NCBI RefSeq assembly: GCF_001194135.2
Contig: NC_068983.1
Location: 114,977,834 to 115,024,353 of the forward strand
Reading direction: 5' to 3'
Source: Octopus bimaculoides
Taxonomy: Eukaryota
DNA: 46,520 bases
The notes beneath the pieces were generated by a model. The model saw only the letters and a list, made by a program, of their open reading frames with translations. It ran no database searches and was not told the DNA's origin. Shown piece by piece: positions 24,805 through 37,999 of this stretch (positions within the stretch are counted from its first letter, which is position 1; each line of letters starts with the position of its first letter). The position numbers were made by a program, and so were the translations under genes.

Positions 24805-25115
24805 GGACATTGGGCAAGTGTTCTTTTACTATAGCCCTGGGCCAACTAAAGCTGTGTGAGTAGATTTAGTAGAGAGAAACTGAAAGAAACCCATTATGTG
24901 TGTGTGTGTGTGTGTGTCTGTCCCCAACCACTACTTGACAACCAGTACTGGTTTGTTTATATCCCTATAACTTACCAGTTCGACAAAAGGGACCAATTGA
25001 ATAAGTACCCTACTTTAGAAATAAGAACTGGGGTTGGTTTGTTCAACTAAACCCTTCAAGGCAGTGCCCCAACATGGCTGCAGTCCAATAACTGAAACAA
25101 GTAAAAGATAAAAGA
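24805..25115 (+). mobile_element. SINE family A, 5'-eroded
   Basis: TTGGGCAAGTGT...GAAACTGAAAGAAACCC...(GT)n...ACTGAAACAAGTAAAAGATAAAAG. Confidence 0.7.
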
Positions 25116-27329
25116 CAAATGAAATGTTTCACATTGAGTATAGATGACTGAGAGAAGCTCAATGACAAAGAGAATCACAGCCAAAGCAGCTGTTTTGGGC
25201 CAGAGATTGAAATGCTAAATGATATATATGATTAGGGCAAGTTGTTGTTTGTCCTTAGTCAGCTTCATTTGAATAGACTAACAATGAAGATGAAGCCCAT
25301 TGCATATTTAAGCCTAAACGACAGGCCTTGTACCACTTACAAGTTATGTTTCAGTGACCTTGTTGCATGCTTTGTTTAGCAATGTTTTAGGCAAAATGGA
25401 GGCAGTATCAAGATCCAGATGAATAGCTGTGGATATGAACCATATATGTGTGTGTGTATGTGTGTGTGTGTGTGTATTATTGCATTGCATACACAAATAA
25501 CAAAAAAAAAAAAGAAACAAGGTCCAAAAAACATTCACTGTTAATGTTAATGCTTAAACAAGAGACGTTCACTGTTAATGCTCAGAGAAAGGAAAAAGAA
25601 TAACATTTTGGGTATAGTCCTTTGTCAAATATTGAAGGAAATATCAGAAGAAACTGATAAGAGAGGAAAAGAGATAAGAAAAGAGAGACGAGGGACAGGA
25701 ATAAAAAGTAGATCGGAATATATCAAATTTTATATTAAAATAAATGAAACCATAAAACTTCTGATTATAAATGGGAAAAAAATGATAATATAGATTATAG
25801 GACATTTTGTTAGTTTCCTCACAATTTGAATCATATAGCAAAGTAAATTACCAGTGGATACACCTGTTCAGTATTCATATTTTTAATGATTTGATCAAGG
25901 AGAAGGGGTTGTACTTATAGCCTTTACAGACCTCTCAATTCTCCAAGACTGGCGAAATCAATGCAGTTGATGTTCTTGAACAACAGCAAGGAAAACATGA
26001 ACAATGAAGAATTCCAGAGAATTGACATTCTAGTCAGAAAGAGAAGAATTGAGTACAGTGGATAATACAGGTCCTAGGAATAGAGGCCATTGTAATAATG
26101 GTAGAAAAGACAAAGAAAAGTGACACTGCGTTTCCTTTGGAGAGGGCTGGGAATGTGTTGGTGAGTCATTTTATGTGAAACAGTCAGATGTTAAATTGTT
26201 GCACAATCTTGTGTGATAGACTTAATCTGGAGGCCAGTGTAATGACTACCACCTGGCATCTTATGTGTTTTTAGCAGAGTTTTCAGAAGTAAAAGATCGA
26301 GAGAGCTGCCTTTTCTCCTGTCTAAAAAATGAAAAAAAAAAAAACATTTCTTCAAGCTTCATAAAGCATATGTAGACAAAGAGTTAATTGACACGATTAA
26401 TTATCAATGAATTGGTTTTTAGTACTATTGATTTCAGATGGTAGAGAAGATATAAATATGATGATTAGGTTTTTCTCAAGAACAGTAACAGAGTAAATTA
26501 AACTTTAACAAATGAAAATTTGAACCATGGTGCTAAGGTACTACCCAAACTTCAGAGTAACTAACCTGATCATGTACCACCTATTTAACTTTTATCAAAG
26601 CAACTCCTAACCAGTTTCTTTCTAGGACACAATGGCATTGTAAATGTAAAAGAAGCAAGCAATACTTTTTCTTTGTCATAAATCAATTCACTGGCACCAA
26701 AAAGGAACTGTTCTAATTTTCTTACATGTAATGTAAGCAAAGCTACTTTATTTTGGAAACATAAATTTATACAGTGGAAAACAAAGGAAGAACTGCAACA
26801 ATGACCTTTGCAGGGCCTCCAAGATTAGTAGGAGAAAATAGAGGAAGAAACAAGTCAAATTAGCATCACACCAGAGATCTGGTCCAAATACATCTAACAT
26901 AGTAGACTTCACTGAAGACACCAAAGTGCCAGATGTTGAATTAAAATGAGTAATAGATTAGATTTACCATCCATGACCAAATACAATCCAACAGGCTTCT
27001 GTTAGTTTCCATCTATTTAATTCTAACCACACAACCCTGACCTAAAGCTACTGTAGAAGATACATGCTAAGGTGCTGTACAATGGAGTTGAACCCGAAAC
27101 CACATAATCGCAGAGCAAACTTCTTATTCCTTATGGTCAAATGTCCCCTCAAATGTCAGGTAGGATCCTTAGAAGTAGTAGATAGTTTCTGTTACTTAGG
27201 TGACCAAGTTAGCAGTGGTGGAAATTTTCCAAAAGCATAGCTGCTAGAATAAGAATGGGCGGGGCAAAGTTCAGAGAGCTACTACTTTTGTTAGTAACAA
27301 AGGTCCTCTTCCTCAGAGTGAAGATGCTT

Positions 27330-27960
27330 GTGTATGAACAGCTATGCTACATGGCAGTGAGACAAGAGCTATTACTATTGAGGCATGCAAAGGCTTAAAA
27401 GAAATTAAGCTAATATGCCCTGCTGGATGGGTAATGTCAGAGTGCATATACAATGGAGTGTAAGTGACTTGAAAGAAAAACTGGGTATACGAGGCATCAG
27501 ATGTAGTATACAAGAGAGAAGACTGTGCTGGTACAGTCATGTAATGCATATGGATGAGGACAGTTGCATCAAGAAGTGCCAACTGTGGAAGGGGTAAACC
27601 CAGGAAAACATGGGACAAGGTGGCGAGAAAGAATCTTCAGTCATTGGGCCTCACAACGGAGATGATAAGGGACTGAGACTTCTAGCAGTTTGCTGTACTT
27701 GTGAAGACATGTCAAGCTAAGTAAAATCGTGGTCAAGCTAAGTAAAAATCATGTGGAACCTAAGCCAGTTCCACATAAAAGCACTCATGCCAGTACTGTA
27801 TAAAAGCACCTAATACACTCTGTAAAGTGGTTGGCATAAGGAAGGGCATCCAGCTGAAGAAACCATGCCAAAACAGACATGGAACCCGGGAAGCTCTTGT
27901 CAAACCATCCAACCCATGCCAGCATGGAAAACAGTCATTGAATGATGATGATGATGATTG
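27330..27960 (+). mobile_element. RTE LINE 3' fragment
   Basis: LKEKLGIRGIRCSIQERRLCWYSHVMHMDEDSCIKKC followed by the RTE tail and (GAT)n. Confidence 0.85.
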
Positions 27961-28814
27961 GCTGCTATTTCTCGTTAAGTCGAGTGATCAAATACAAACT
28001 CCCTCATTGACCCAGCTGAATTGAGTCAAGGATCATAATGGTATTCTATAATGAGGCAAATTTAACAATATTTAATTAGAAACAATGTTCTTTGCCAAAT
28101 ATTAAAGAGTATACCTCGTAGTCCAGAAAACAATCCTTTACCTTGCAAATAATAAACCCATAGGTTTCCCAAATAATGCTTCAATGTAAGGCTAATTCTA
28201 GTATTTTAAAGTGTTATTGTAAAATCCTTTAGTTTAGAAACTCTACATAAAACAATTGGGGAGTGTACAGTGCTCTAATTTTGTTTTTCTAAAGATGAGC
28301 AGAGATTATATACATTTTAAATGCTATTCAGTTGCTCAATTACTCCTTTTATTAACTGGAAACACCCACAATGACCTTTAAGCCTCACCCAAAGCCATTC
28401 CTAGGTCAGTAAAATAACATTCTGTAAGCTAATCAGTAAATCAGAGAGGGTTAACCCAGCTCCTATTTATCTTACATTAACCAAAGATTAAAGGACACAC
28501 CTGTCCCTGTCAGCTACATCTGATAATATGTGACACAGGATCAGTTTTCAGAGCAACTTGGTTACCAAATTAGAATTTACACAAAAGCTAATATTATGTC
28601 TTGAATTGAACTAACAACTTTATTTTCTCAATTTAATGGATTAATAGGTTATATCCACATAAGTTCTGTGATTTCCCACTGAGTCGTAATCAGCCAAATC
28701 CAAATCAACTTCACATCTTTGACTGCAACCATTTTACTTCACTGACAAAATGATCAAACAGATAGAGTACAAGATTTCTGTTTCATTAAGTTGGGAGTTT
28801 GCAGGGAAAATACA

Positions 28815-29041
28815 TACTCTTTTACTTGTTTCAGTCATTTGACTGTGGCCATGCTGGAGCACCGCCTTTAGTCGAGCAAATCGACCCCAGGACTTATTCT
28901 TTGGAAACCCAGTACTTATTCTATCGGTCTCTTTTGCCGAACTGCTAAGTTACGGGGACGTAAACACACCAGCATCGGTTGTCAAGCGATGTTGGGGGGA
29001 CAAACACAGACACACAAACATACATACATATATATATATAC

Positions 29042-29092
<51 letters not shown>

Positions 29093-29267
29093 CATACATA
29101 TATACGACAGGCTTTTTTCAGTTTCCGTCTACCAAATCCACTCACAAGGCTTTGGTCGGCCCGAGACTATAGTAGAAGACACTTGCCTAAGGTGCCACAC
29201 AGTGGGAATGAACCTAGAACCATGTGGTTGGTAAGCAAGCTACTTACCACACAGCCACTCCTGCACC
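28815..29267 (-). mobile_element. SINE family A, full length
   Basis: Reverse complement of 7799-8231, including the internal (AT)n. Confidence 0.9.
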
Positions 29268-30422
29268 TATGTCAACTTTTATAAAATAAAAAAAAATAGG
29301 TTTACTTGCCGTAGACTATTATCCTATCTTGGAATACAGGGAGATTTACACTATGTGCTTAATGCTTTTGTTACCGTATTTATGACGAAATACACTACCT
29401 TTGTTTCAATTAATTTTCAATATGAAGGAGAATTTAAGAAAACAACATTGTTAAACTGGTGTTTGGGACATATATAAAATTGACATTTTGAAGAACGATT
29501 TTTATTAATTAAAAAAAATTTTTTTTACTTATTTCAGTCACTCAACTGTAGGCAATGCCTTGAAGGGTTTTAGTCAATCAAATCGACTCCAGGACTTGCT
29601 TTTTAATTTTATTTTTAAGTGTAGTACTTATTCTATCAGTCTCTTTTGCTAAATCACTAAGTTATGGGGACATAAACACATCATCACCAGTTGTCAAGTG
29701 ATGATGGGGAACAAATACTCTCTCATGTAACCTTAACAGAAGGCCACGATTGGTTGATATGCACCCTGGTGCGAAACAGAACTGTAGACAAATACCGCCT
29801 AAATAAGAGCCAATCAGGGTGGAGGACACAACGGTCCAAGCGGGCCGAAGCTAGATGTTAGCCGCTATGTTATCATTCGTAAATGAATACCCGAGAGAGA
29901 AGGTTCCGCTACATACATATATATATATTTATATATATAACGTTGACCACTAACGTGGACATTCAATGTGCTCACATCTTGTGTCTATTAAGACCTAAAT
30001 TGTTCTCAAAACGAAATTTAGCGGAATACCAAAGCGTAAGCGGGCAAGACATTTAGAATTACCAAAAAAAATCATTATTAAACAGGGACCGGTTTCAAAA
30101 TTAACAATCTTACCGACTGTCTGTTTCTCTTCAGCCTGATTCGTAATGTAACCATAATCTTCAGAACCCTATACAAAGTTGCCCACCGTCATAGGTGCAC
30201 GTGTATATGGTTCTGTTAATTACAGCTTAATGGTAAAATTCAAGTCTTCGTTTTGGCGCGCTAATTCCAGGAATATGTCGGCAGAAAATATTTACTGCCG
30301 TCGCATATATCCAGTTTGAGAACTCGGTTATGGTTAATACATTAAAACATAGGGTAAAAAATCATATATTAATTAATATCGATTAATTACCAGGAAGCTA
30401 GCACATTTAAAGAATCACAAGA

Positions 30423-30946
30423 GTTCCCACAAGAGTTCCGAACCCCAGTAATGAACTCATTTGCATACAGCCAATCAGGGCTCACCTTGAATTTGTTGTC
30501 AAGTTAACAAACACAGTCTACCAAATAAACTCAAGACGTAGAACGATGTTGTAAATTGACCGATCGCCAAGTTATGTCTGACTTTAGAAGGAGACAAGTA
30601 ATTAGATTTACATCTATATCTATTATCAGATTTTGTTAGAGCCCCATATAGTAAAGATGTGGATGGAAAAAATGTGGGTAGAGGGTGAAGTGCTAGCAAC
30701 CTTCTCCCCTTACTGTTTTACAAAGTAAACAACAACACAAATAACTATGCAGGGGAAGCCATGGTTGAAATAAGATCAAGAACAACAAGCATTCTTAAAA
30801 GTGAAAAGAAGCATGGTCATTCCTTACCCAAGTGACCTTATCTTATTGCCAATCACTTGATATGTGCTAAGTTAGTTTGATAGCTGAGCTCTGATTGGCT
30901 GGATGCAAATGAGTTCATAGCTGGGGTCCGGAACTCTCGTGGGAAC
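30423..30946. mobile_element. MITE-like element with 62-bp terminal inverted repeats
   Basis: 30423-30484 versus reverse complement of 30885-30946: 56/62 identical by my count; non-coding interior; no clear TSD. Confidence 0.8.
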
Positions 30947-31755
30947 AAAAACATTTTGTGCACTGGACTGCATGTAGTGTTCCTGAGCAAAACACTTCAT
31001 TTCACGTTGCCCCAGTCCACTCAGTCGTACTGTCGACCTGTTTAGTGGGGTACATCATGATCTCAGTCACTTATAAGCCATAGGCCTACCTGCCTAGCCA
31101 TCATCTGCTAAAGCAATGTGAGGAAGTGCATTGTGACCAGCGGTATATAACAACACCCGACAGTCAGGCCAATATAGCGATACATATATAAGCACAGCAT
31201 ATGCACTAAACTCAGCCGGAAACAGTCTGCCACCCACAAAGTTACAGGAGCCTTTGAAATATACATGTGAATAATGTTGTGTTGTAATAGCCATTATATT
31301 CACTATATTAATTTTCCGCGCTGTCACCACCATACTACCATATATTTTGATGCATTAACTTATTAAGTGATTCTGTTGCTCTAATAACTTTATATACCTA
31401 AATTTTGATTGATATTCCTCTGTGTGAAACAAAAATATAACCCGATAAATTATTTACAACTATTTTCATTAATCTGAATAAAATGGAGTAAATTTACAAG
31501 GGAGGCTACTTACGCTTTATTTTTTTTTTGTTAAAGATTTATTCCCCTTGCTCTAACATAATTAGGTTGCCCCACTTCCTCATTTTCTATAGTTTTATTC
31601 TTAATTTTTCGTTTTTACTGGAAATTTCTTCACTTTTATCGTCAACACTTCACATTATATCAGTGTGTTTAAAAATATGTTTTAACATGAGTTCATAGCA
31701 AGAATCTTACAAAAACTTTACTGGTAGCATTTTTTTAAATATAACATTAATGTTA

Positions 31756-31950
31756 AGGCTGCAAGCTGGCAAAACCGTTAGCACGCCAGGCAATATGCAT
31801 AGCAGCATTTCGTCTGTCTTTATGTTCTGAGTACAAATTCAGCTGAGGTCGACTTTGCCTTTCTTCCCTTCAGGGTCGATAAAATAAGTGCCATTTGATC
31901 ACTGGAGTCGATGCAATCGACTTCAGCTTCACCTGAAATTGCTAGCCTTG
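31756..31950 (+). mobile_element. tRNA-derived SINE, family B
   Basis: AAGGCTGCAAGCTGGCAAAACCGTTAGCAC...GAGTACAAATTC...GTCGACTTTGCCTTTC...GGGTCGATAAAATAAGT. Confidence 0.8.
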
Positions 31951-32971
31951 TGCAAAAATTATAAAGTAGTATAACAGCAAAGAATCATCATCAACATTTA
32001 AGATCTGCTTTCTATGCTGGCATGGTTTGACAGGGAACCAGCGAGCTGTAGGCCCGCAACAAGATCTCCATGTCATTTTGGCATGGTTTTAACGAATGGA
32101 TATCTTTCTTAATGCCAACCACTTTACAGAGTGTATTATGTGCTATGTTAGTAACATTAAGTTTATAATTAAATAAAGTTACTTTTCCACTGAGATCACT
32201 AAAAGTGTATTTTTTATTCTACCAAGAATAAAATTGCTTTCTCATCCTTAACTCTCCCTTTTGTGGTGTAAAACTTATTGGTGATTTAAATCTGGGGCCT
32301 TTTGATGTGGAGGGAAGCTATGTTCAAGTAAAGTAGATGGTTGTCACAAGCTAGATGAAAAGTACTGAGTGGTACAGAAATAGATATTGAAATAATTCAC
32401 CCCAAATCTGCAGAAAACAAGAGGGACTCTAATAACAGAGAAATTCCAGTCAGACATTTGTTGAGAAATATGTTATTGTAGAATCTAAGAGTTTCCTGGT
32501 ATTGTTAAGTTTTGGTGACATGAAGAATGGCAGTTAATTAAGGTTGAGTTATTTTTCAAATTGGTTTTCAATTGCTCTACCACAAAATAAAGTCATCGTC
32601 ATCATTATTTAACATCTGTTTTCCATGTTGGCATGGGTTGGGCGGTTTGATAGGAACTGGTGAGTCAGAAGACTGCACCAAGCTCTGCTGTCTGCTATGG
32701 CATGGAGTCTGTGGCTGGATGCCCTTCCTATGCCAACCACTTTACAGAGTGTACTGGGTGCTTTTCTCCTGGAAACCCACAGCAGTGAGGTCACCAAGTA
32801 ATTTGCAACACAAGACCCCTTCAATTGAAGTGAGGAGTAGTATAGACAAACAGAAAGAGGTGTCTTGTATTAGAAGGAAAACATGGCTATCTCAGTGGAG
32901 AGAGAATATGAACATGTGAGAGGGTAGGGGATGGGAAACATTCATCCAAGTTACAGGAAGGTGTATATAGT

Positions 32972-33283
32972 TGTAGTGACGCCTGGTTCCAGTCGCCATT
33001 TTGGGATTTTTATCCACGCATGCGCAGGGATTAGAGCCTTCCGGAAGCCCCTTATGCGCATGTGCAGTCATCGGCAGTTGCTAGGCTTGACCGCCCTTCA
33101 CTCTCTTCGTCTTTGTTGCTGACCGAGCCGCATGCATCTTGACCAGCTCCGTGTAGCTGGAATACTGAAGGCACCACACAACGTTGGCTAACCTGTGAAG
33201 AATGCCTTCGCATTTGTGATTAAACCGACTCTGCTGCTTCCACACCAAGGTGACCTGGCTACTGATTGTCCAGAGATGTAACA
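32972..33283. other. GC/CpG-richer block with TG...CA ends and promoter motifs (solo-LTR-like or regulatory)
   Basis: Begins TGTAGT and ends TGTAACA; contains CGCCATTTT, GCATGCGCA, CCGGAAG, TGCGCATGTGCA and ATTAAA; no TSD found. Confidence 0.35.
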
Positions 33284-33473
33284 CATGTACAGACAAAAAA
33301 TAAATAGTGTTATTTCTTCGGATATTCTTGTTCTGCTATTTTCCTTCCACGTTTATGGAAGAAATTGTGAGGCACCCATCCAGTGCCAACCTCACTTCCT
33401 ACATAGTGAAGTGGACAGGGAATTAGAGAGGGTGAGTAGGTAGGTGAGTTCACTATAACATTTTATAGGCATA

Positions 33474-33631
33474 GGGTTGCCAATTTAGCATATTTTATGC
33501 TAGATCTAGCATTTTTTTTTTCAGCATTTAGCAGAAATTTTTTGAATCTAGCATTTAGCAGGGAAAATAGCAGGTTTAAAATTTTATTTAGCATTTTTCT
33601 CTGATCATGACATTTCCACAATAGTTACCCT
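33474..33631. mobile_element. Possible hAT (Tip100-like) MITE remnant
   Basis: Starts TAGGGTTGCCA, has repeated TTTAGCA subterminal motifs, ends with degenerate TAGTTACCCT. Confidence 0.4.
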
Positions 33632-34029
33632 TTTTTCTTCTTTTTCCTCCTTTTCTACTTTCGTTAATGTATCTTTATAGCCAAATTTACTACTATCAGC
33701 TATTGTTAAATTTTTCTTTTACCTTCTTGAAACTTCAAATGAAAGTTTATCAAAAGGAAGTTTATCAAGTTATGAACTTTTCCAGCCGCCCCACCACCGG
33801 CTTGGATACAGAGTGGTGCTGGTGGGGGGAGGGGGAGAAGATAACTCATGTCAGCACCTGAACTCACTACATAATAATGTAAATATGTTGCAAAGAATGA
33901 AAGCATGGAAATTCGTCCTAACAATGCTTTATTCTGTAGTGATGAGTTTTTATCATAACAGGTTGACTGATTTACTTTCAGTTTGATTGTTTTAAAGTAG
34001 GCCTGTGTTTTCCATGCTAGTATAGAAGT

Positions 34030-35000
34030 ACGAGGGTGGCGGAGTCTCCCCCTTTATATTTCTACTTACTTTTTTGTCAAGTATTGTAGTTATATTTGTG
34101 GTTTTACCAATAAGATATTAAATGTAAGATTGGAAGCAAAATATGATGTTCCCAGGTTTATATCAGAACACAGTTTTAGGATATACATAGCGAAAGGAAA
34201 TGGATATGGGATGGTGGTTGTCCCGTTTAGGACAGCGGAGGAGGCAAAGAGGCTGGTGAGTGCAACTGTAAAAACAGAGGAAATGGTACTTCTACTCACA
34301 TACNNNNNNNNNNNNNNNNNNNNNNNNNNNNNNNNNNNNNNNNAGTGGCTTGGGTTGCGGCAGCCGTCCTCGTTGGAAGTGAGGAGGAGGTGGCTGTCCG
34401 CCAAGCCACGGAAATGGAGGATGGAGAGGAAAAACACTGGACCTCATTATACAGGCAGAGGAGAGGCAATTGGAGAGTTTGGCAGAGCCGGTGACATTGG
34501 GAGAGATCGTGTTAAGAGTGTGGGTGAAGGGCAGAATCCCATGATGTTTTAAATGTGGCCAAAAGGGCCACATTAGAGCGCACTGTCCTCTGCAGAGGAA
34601 AACAACAGAAGAAGCGGTGGTGGAGTTGGAGGAGAAAAAGGAAGAAATACAGATAGATGGAAGGAACAAGGAGGATGAATGGACAATGACAGAGAATAAA
34701 AGAAAAAAAAGAAAGAAGAGGAAGAACAGTCAATGTGATGTGGGACCCAGACCAACTCCATCCCACCCAAGACCACTCAGACCCACCCTTCCCATACAAA
34801 TACCAAACTCACTCACCCCCTCTCCCCACAGGAAAAAAAGATAGTACAGACACCACAAAATTTACAAGACCCCCTCCCCCGGTGAAAAAGGTTACGTGTA
34901 CATGGAGGAGAGAGTGTTGTCGCTCAGCGATGGTGAAAACGGTAAACGAAAGACTAGGTCAAAGACTAAAGAAGACTCAAGACTCAGAGGTGGCGAGTGG
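34030..35000 (+). mobile_element. Decayed LINE ORF1 (gag-like, CCHC knuckle), L1/Tx1-like, with no ORF2 downstream
   Basis: 34545-34586 encodes CFKCGQKGHIRAHC, followed by an acidic/basic tract (EEKKEE...WTMTENKRKKRKKRK) typical of ORF1 C-termini; stops, frameshifts and a 40-N gap are present. Confidence 0.7.
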
Positions 35001-35489
35001 TGTTACTCAGTGTGGGGTGAGTAACACACTTTTCATATTCTCATTTCTCAGTTATCATTCATGTATCATTATTTCAATATTTTGATTTTAAGGTTTTTCA
35101 TGTTCATTTTCATGTGTCATTCATAACATCATATTTTTATTTTGTTATATGTCCCCACATGTGTTGTAGTGTCCCCTCTATGTAATGCCTTTATGGCAAT
35201 TTAAAAGAAATAAAGAAGCTTACTTCCCAACCACATAGTTCTGGATTCAGTCTCACTGCATGGCAACTTGGGCGAGTGTCTTCTTATATAACCCCGGGAC
35301 AACCAAAGCCATATGGTTTGGTAGACAGAAACTGGAAGAAGCCCGTCATACACACACACACACACACAATGTATGTATGTATAAATTGTGGACTCTTTTA
35401 TCAAAGATGACAGATGAGGGTTGTACAGTTTCGAGCTGAACAACCTGCACTGATGATTTACAGTGGTCAAATGTTTTGTGCTGTACATT

Positions 35490-35815
35490 AGCTAATTCCC
35501 TTCATCAAATCCGAGCGAGATCGTTGCCAGTGCCCCTGGACTGGCCCTTGTGCAGGTGGCACGTAAAATACACCATTTCGAACGTGGCCATTGCCAGTAC
35601 CCGCCTGACTGGCCCTCGTGCCGGTGGTACGTAAAAGCACCCACTACACTCTCGGAGTGGTTGGCGTTAGGAAGGGCATCCAGTTGTAGAAACTCTGCCA
35701 AATTAGATTGCAGCCTGGTGTCGCCTCCTGGTCCACCAGTCCTCAGTCAAAACGTCCAACCCATGCTAGCATGGAAAGCGGACGTTAAACGACGACGATG
35801 ATGATGATGATGATG
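35490..35815 (+). mobile_element. RTE-type 3' tail
   Basis: Near-identical to positions 1-290, CpG-rich, ends in (GAT)n. Confidence 0.8.
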
Positions 35816-37999
35816 AAATCAACATCACTTGTGTCACACATAAGACACCATAGTGATCATACAGCAATAAGAGGTGAAGTGTTTTGCTTAAGAACACAAT
35901 GCATCGTCCAGTCTGACAATCGAACCCACGATCACACAATCGTGACACCCTATCCACTAGGCCATGCACCCTTGTATGTTCACGCCCCCTATCACCCCAT
36001 GTTGACAATCAGTGTTAGTTCGATTACGTCTTAATCACATAATAGTTCAGCAAAATAGACCGAGAGAATAAGTACCAGGCTTAAGAGATAAATACTGGGG
36101 TTGATTAGTTCGACTTAAAAACGAAAAAAAAAAAAAACTTCGGTCGACAGTGCTCTAGCATGGCCGTATTCCAATGACTGAGACGAGTAAAAGACAAAAG
36201 ATGTCAGATACATGTAAACTAAAAAACATTATATTCCAAGTTAAGACCAATTTCAGAGAAAAAAGAGCAAAAAGGTTTTCTATTGGACATTTCTTATTAT
36301 TTCTGTTGTTACTAGTATCGCTGTATATCGTTCTTAATACATAAAGCGCGACGAGCCACGATCGTGGCCGTCAGACACAGATCGAAAGGCCACGAACGTG
36401 GCCCAGATAGATGCATTTAATTTATGGGCCTTTGTTGGGGTCTAATGTCATTCAAACGCTCCGATACCCCCCCCCCCCCGGAAAAAAAAATGCAAGAGGA
36501 CTAATAGTTCATCCAATGACTTCAGATGATGTAAAATTTGCCACCATTATATACTAAGAAGCTATTTTAACTATTTTTTTGTTTTTTATGTGTGCATGGT
36601 AGTCTCATTTTCATAAAATGTGCGCAGCAGTCCATGCTATTTAAAAGCAAATCCCAGAATTATATGGGTTAAAATAATTACTTTGAAGGAAATATTCAGA
36701 GGTTAAAAAATAATGTATAAATCTTTTTTTTAAAATATCATTGCCGAAAAAGAGTTATCCCCCTTAGATAAACTGTATTAAACATCAGTGCTACATGCTG
36801 GTGATAAGCACAGCATCACTATTAATTGATTGGCCCTATGGTTATAGGCATTTCAGACTTGACCATCCTTCTTTCTATGTTGTAATATCACAATATAAAA
36901 TGGGTGAGTCCACTTTAGACAATGATACGTGATTTGAAAGATGTTTCGCAGTTATTTCTAGCAAGTCGGACGACCACGAGAGGTTTCCGTATATGGTACG
37001 TAACTCTGTAAAATACAGGACAGTTGATGGAGTTTTCGTAATGTAAAGGATTGCAGATGAATGCAATAACATATGGATATTAACGTTATCACATTGCTTA
37101 ATGAACTTTACAAGTAGCCAACATCTCCTTCAGTCTTTTCCACCAACTACTACAACAGTTTCTATTCCACTGAACAACCAAAACAAACTGGGTCGAGTCA
37201 GCAGCAAACGCTACGCAAAAAATACTAAATAATAACATAGCATAGGTTACTAACTGCTGACAGGTGCGTGTGTTATCAATTCAACCTTCTGTGACACTCT
37301 AAAGGTCATTTAGATAATATAAAGTAAATATTTAAAATTAAAACGATAACTTTAACTGTATATATGTTTAATGAAATATCAAACAAATGAGTAATAACAT
37401 TACTATCATAAAAGAGTTGTTCTAATATTTTAGTGAGAAAGAATATTATTAGAATTTATCTAGTGTTGGGACAAAATGCTAAAGATTAACCACACATGGT
37501 GGTTGCAAGAGTAAAATATTGAATAATTAACCTGCTACAATAATTACGGTGTACCATTCAAGATATATTTTACTGCTCATCTAATTCTGTGTTAACGATA
37601 CGTAGCATATCTAAACATATCAGTTTCAAATTTTGGCACAAGGCCAGTATTTTCGGGAGAGAAAGTAAGTCGATTACATCAATCCCAGTGATCGACCCCA
37701 AAAGGATGAGAGGCAAAGTCAACCTCAGCAGAATTTGAACTCAGAACGTAAAGACAGATGAAATGCTACAAAGCATTTTGTTAAGGCAGTGAGCTGACAG
37801 AATCATTAGCACACTGTTAAAATTTGGAAAATCTATCATGCATAAATCAGAATTTCTCTCTCTTGCTTTTCCAAGATTTTAATTGTGAAAATTAAAATGA
37901 AGATGTGGGAGCATGAAATTTTTCTTCTAAAAATGTGTATTACAAATGTTTAAAAATGTGGAATACTATAATACTGAAGATATATTGTGCAACAGACTT

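Noticed and set aside
35415-35445. GGTTG...CTC-GAAAC-T-GTA-CAACC hammerhead half on the minus strand
   Set aside because: The CUGANGA strand is absent, so the fold cannot be supported.
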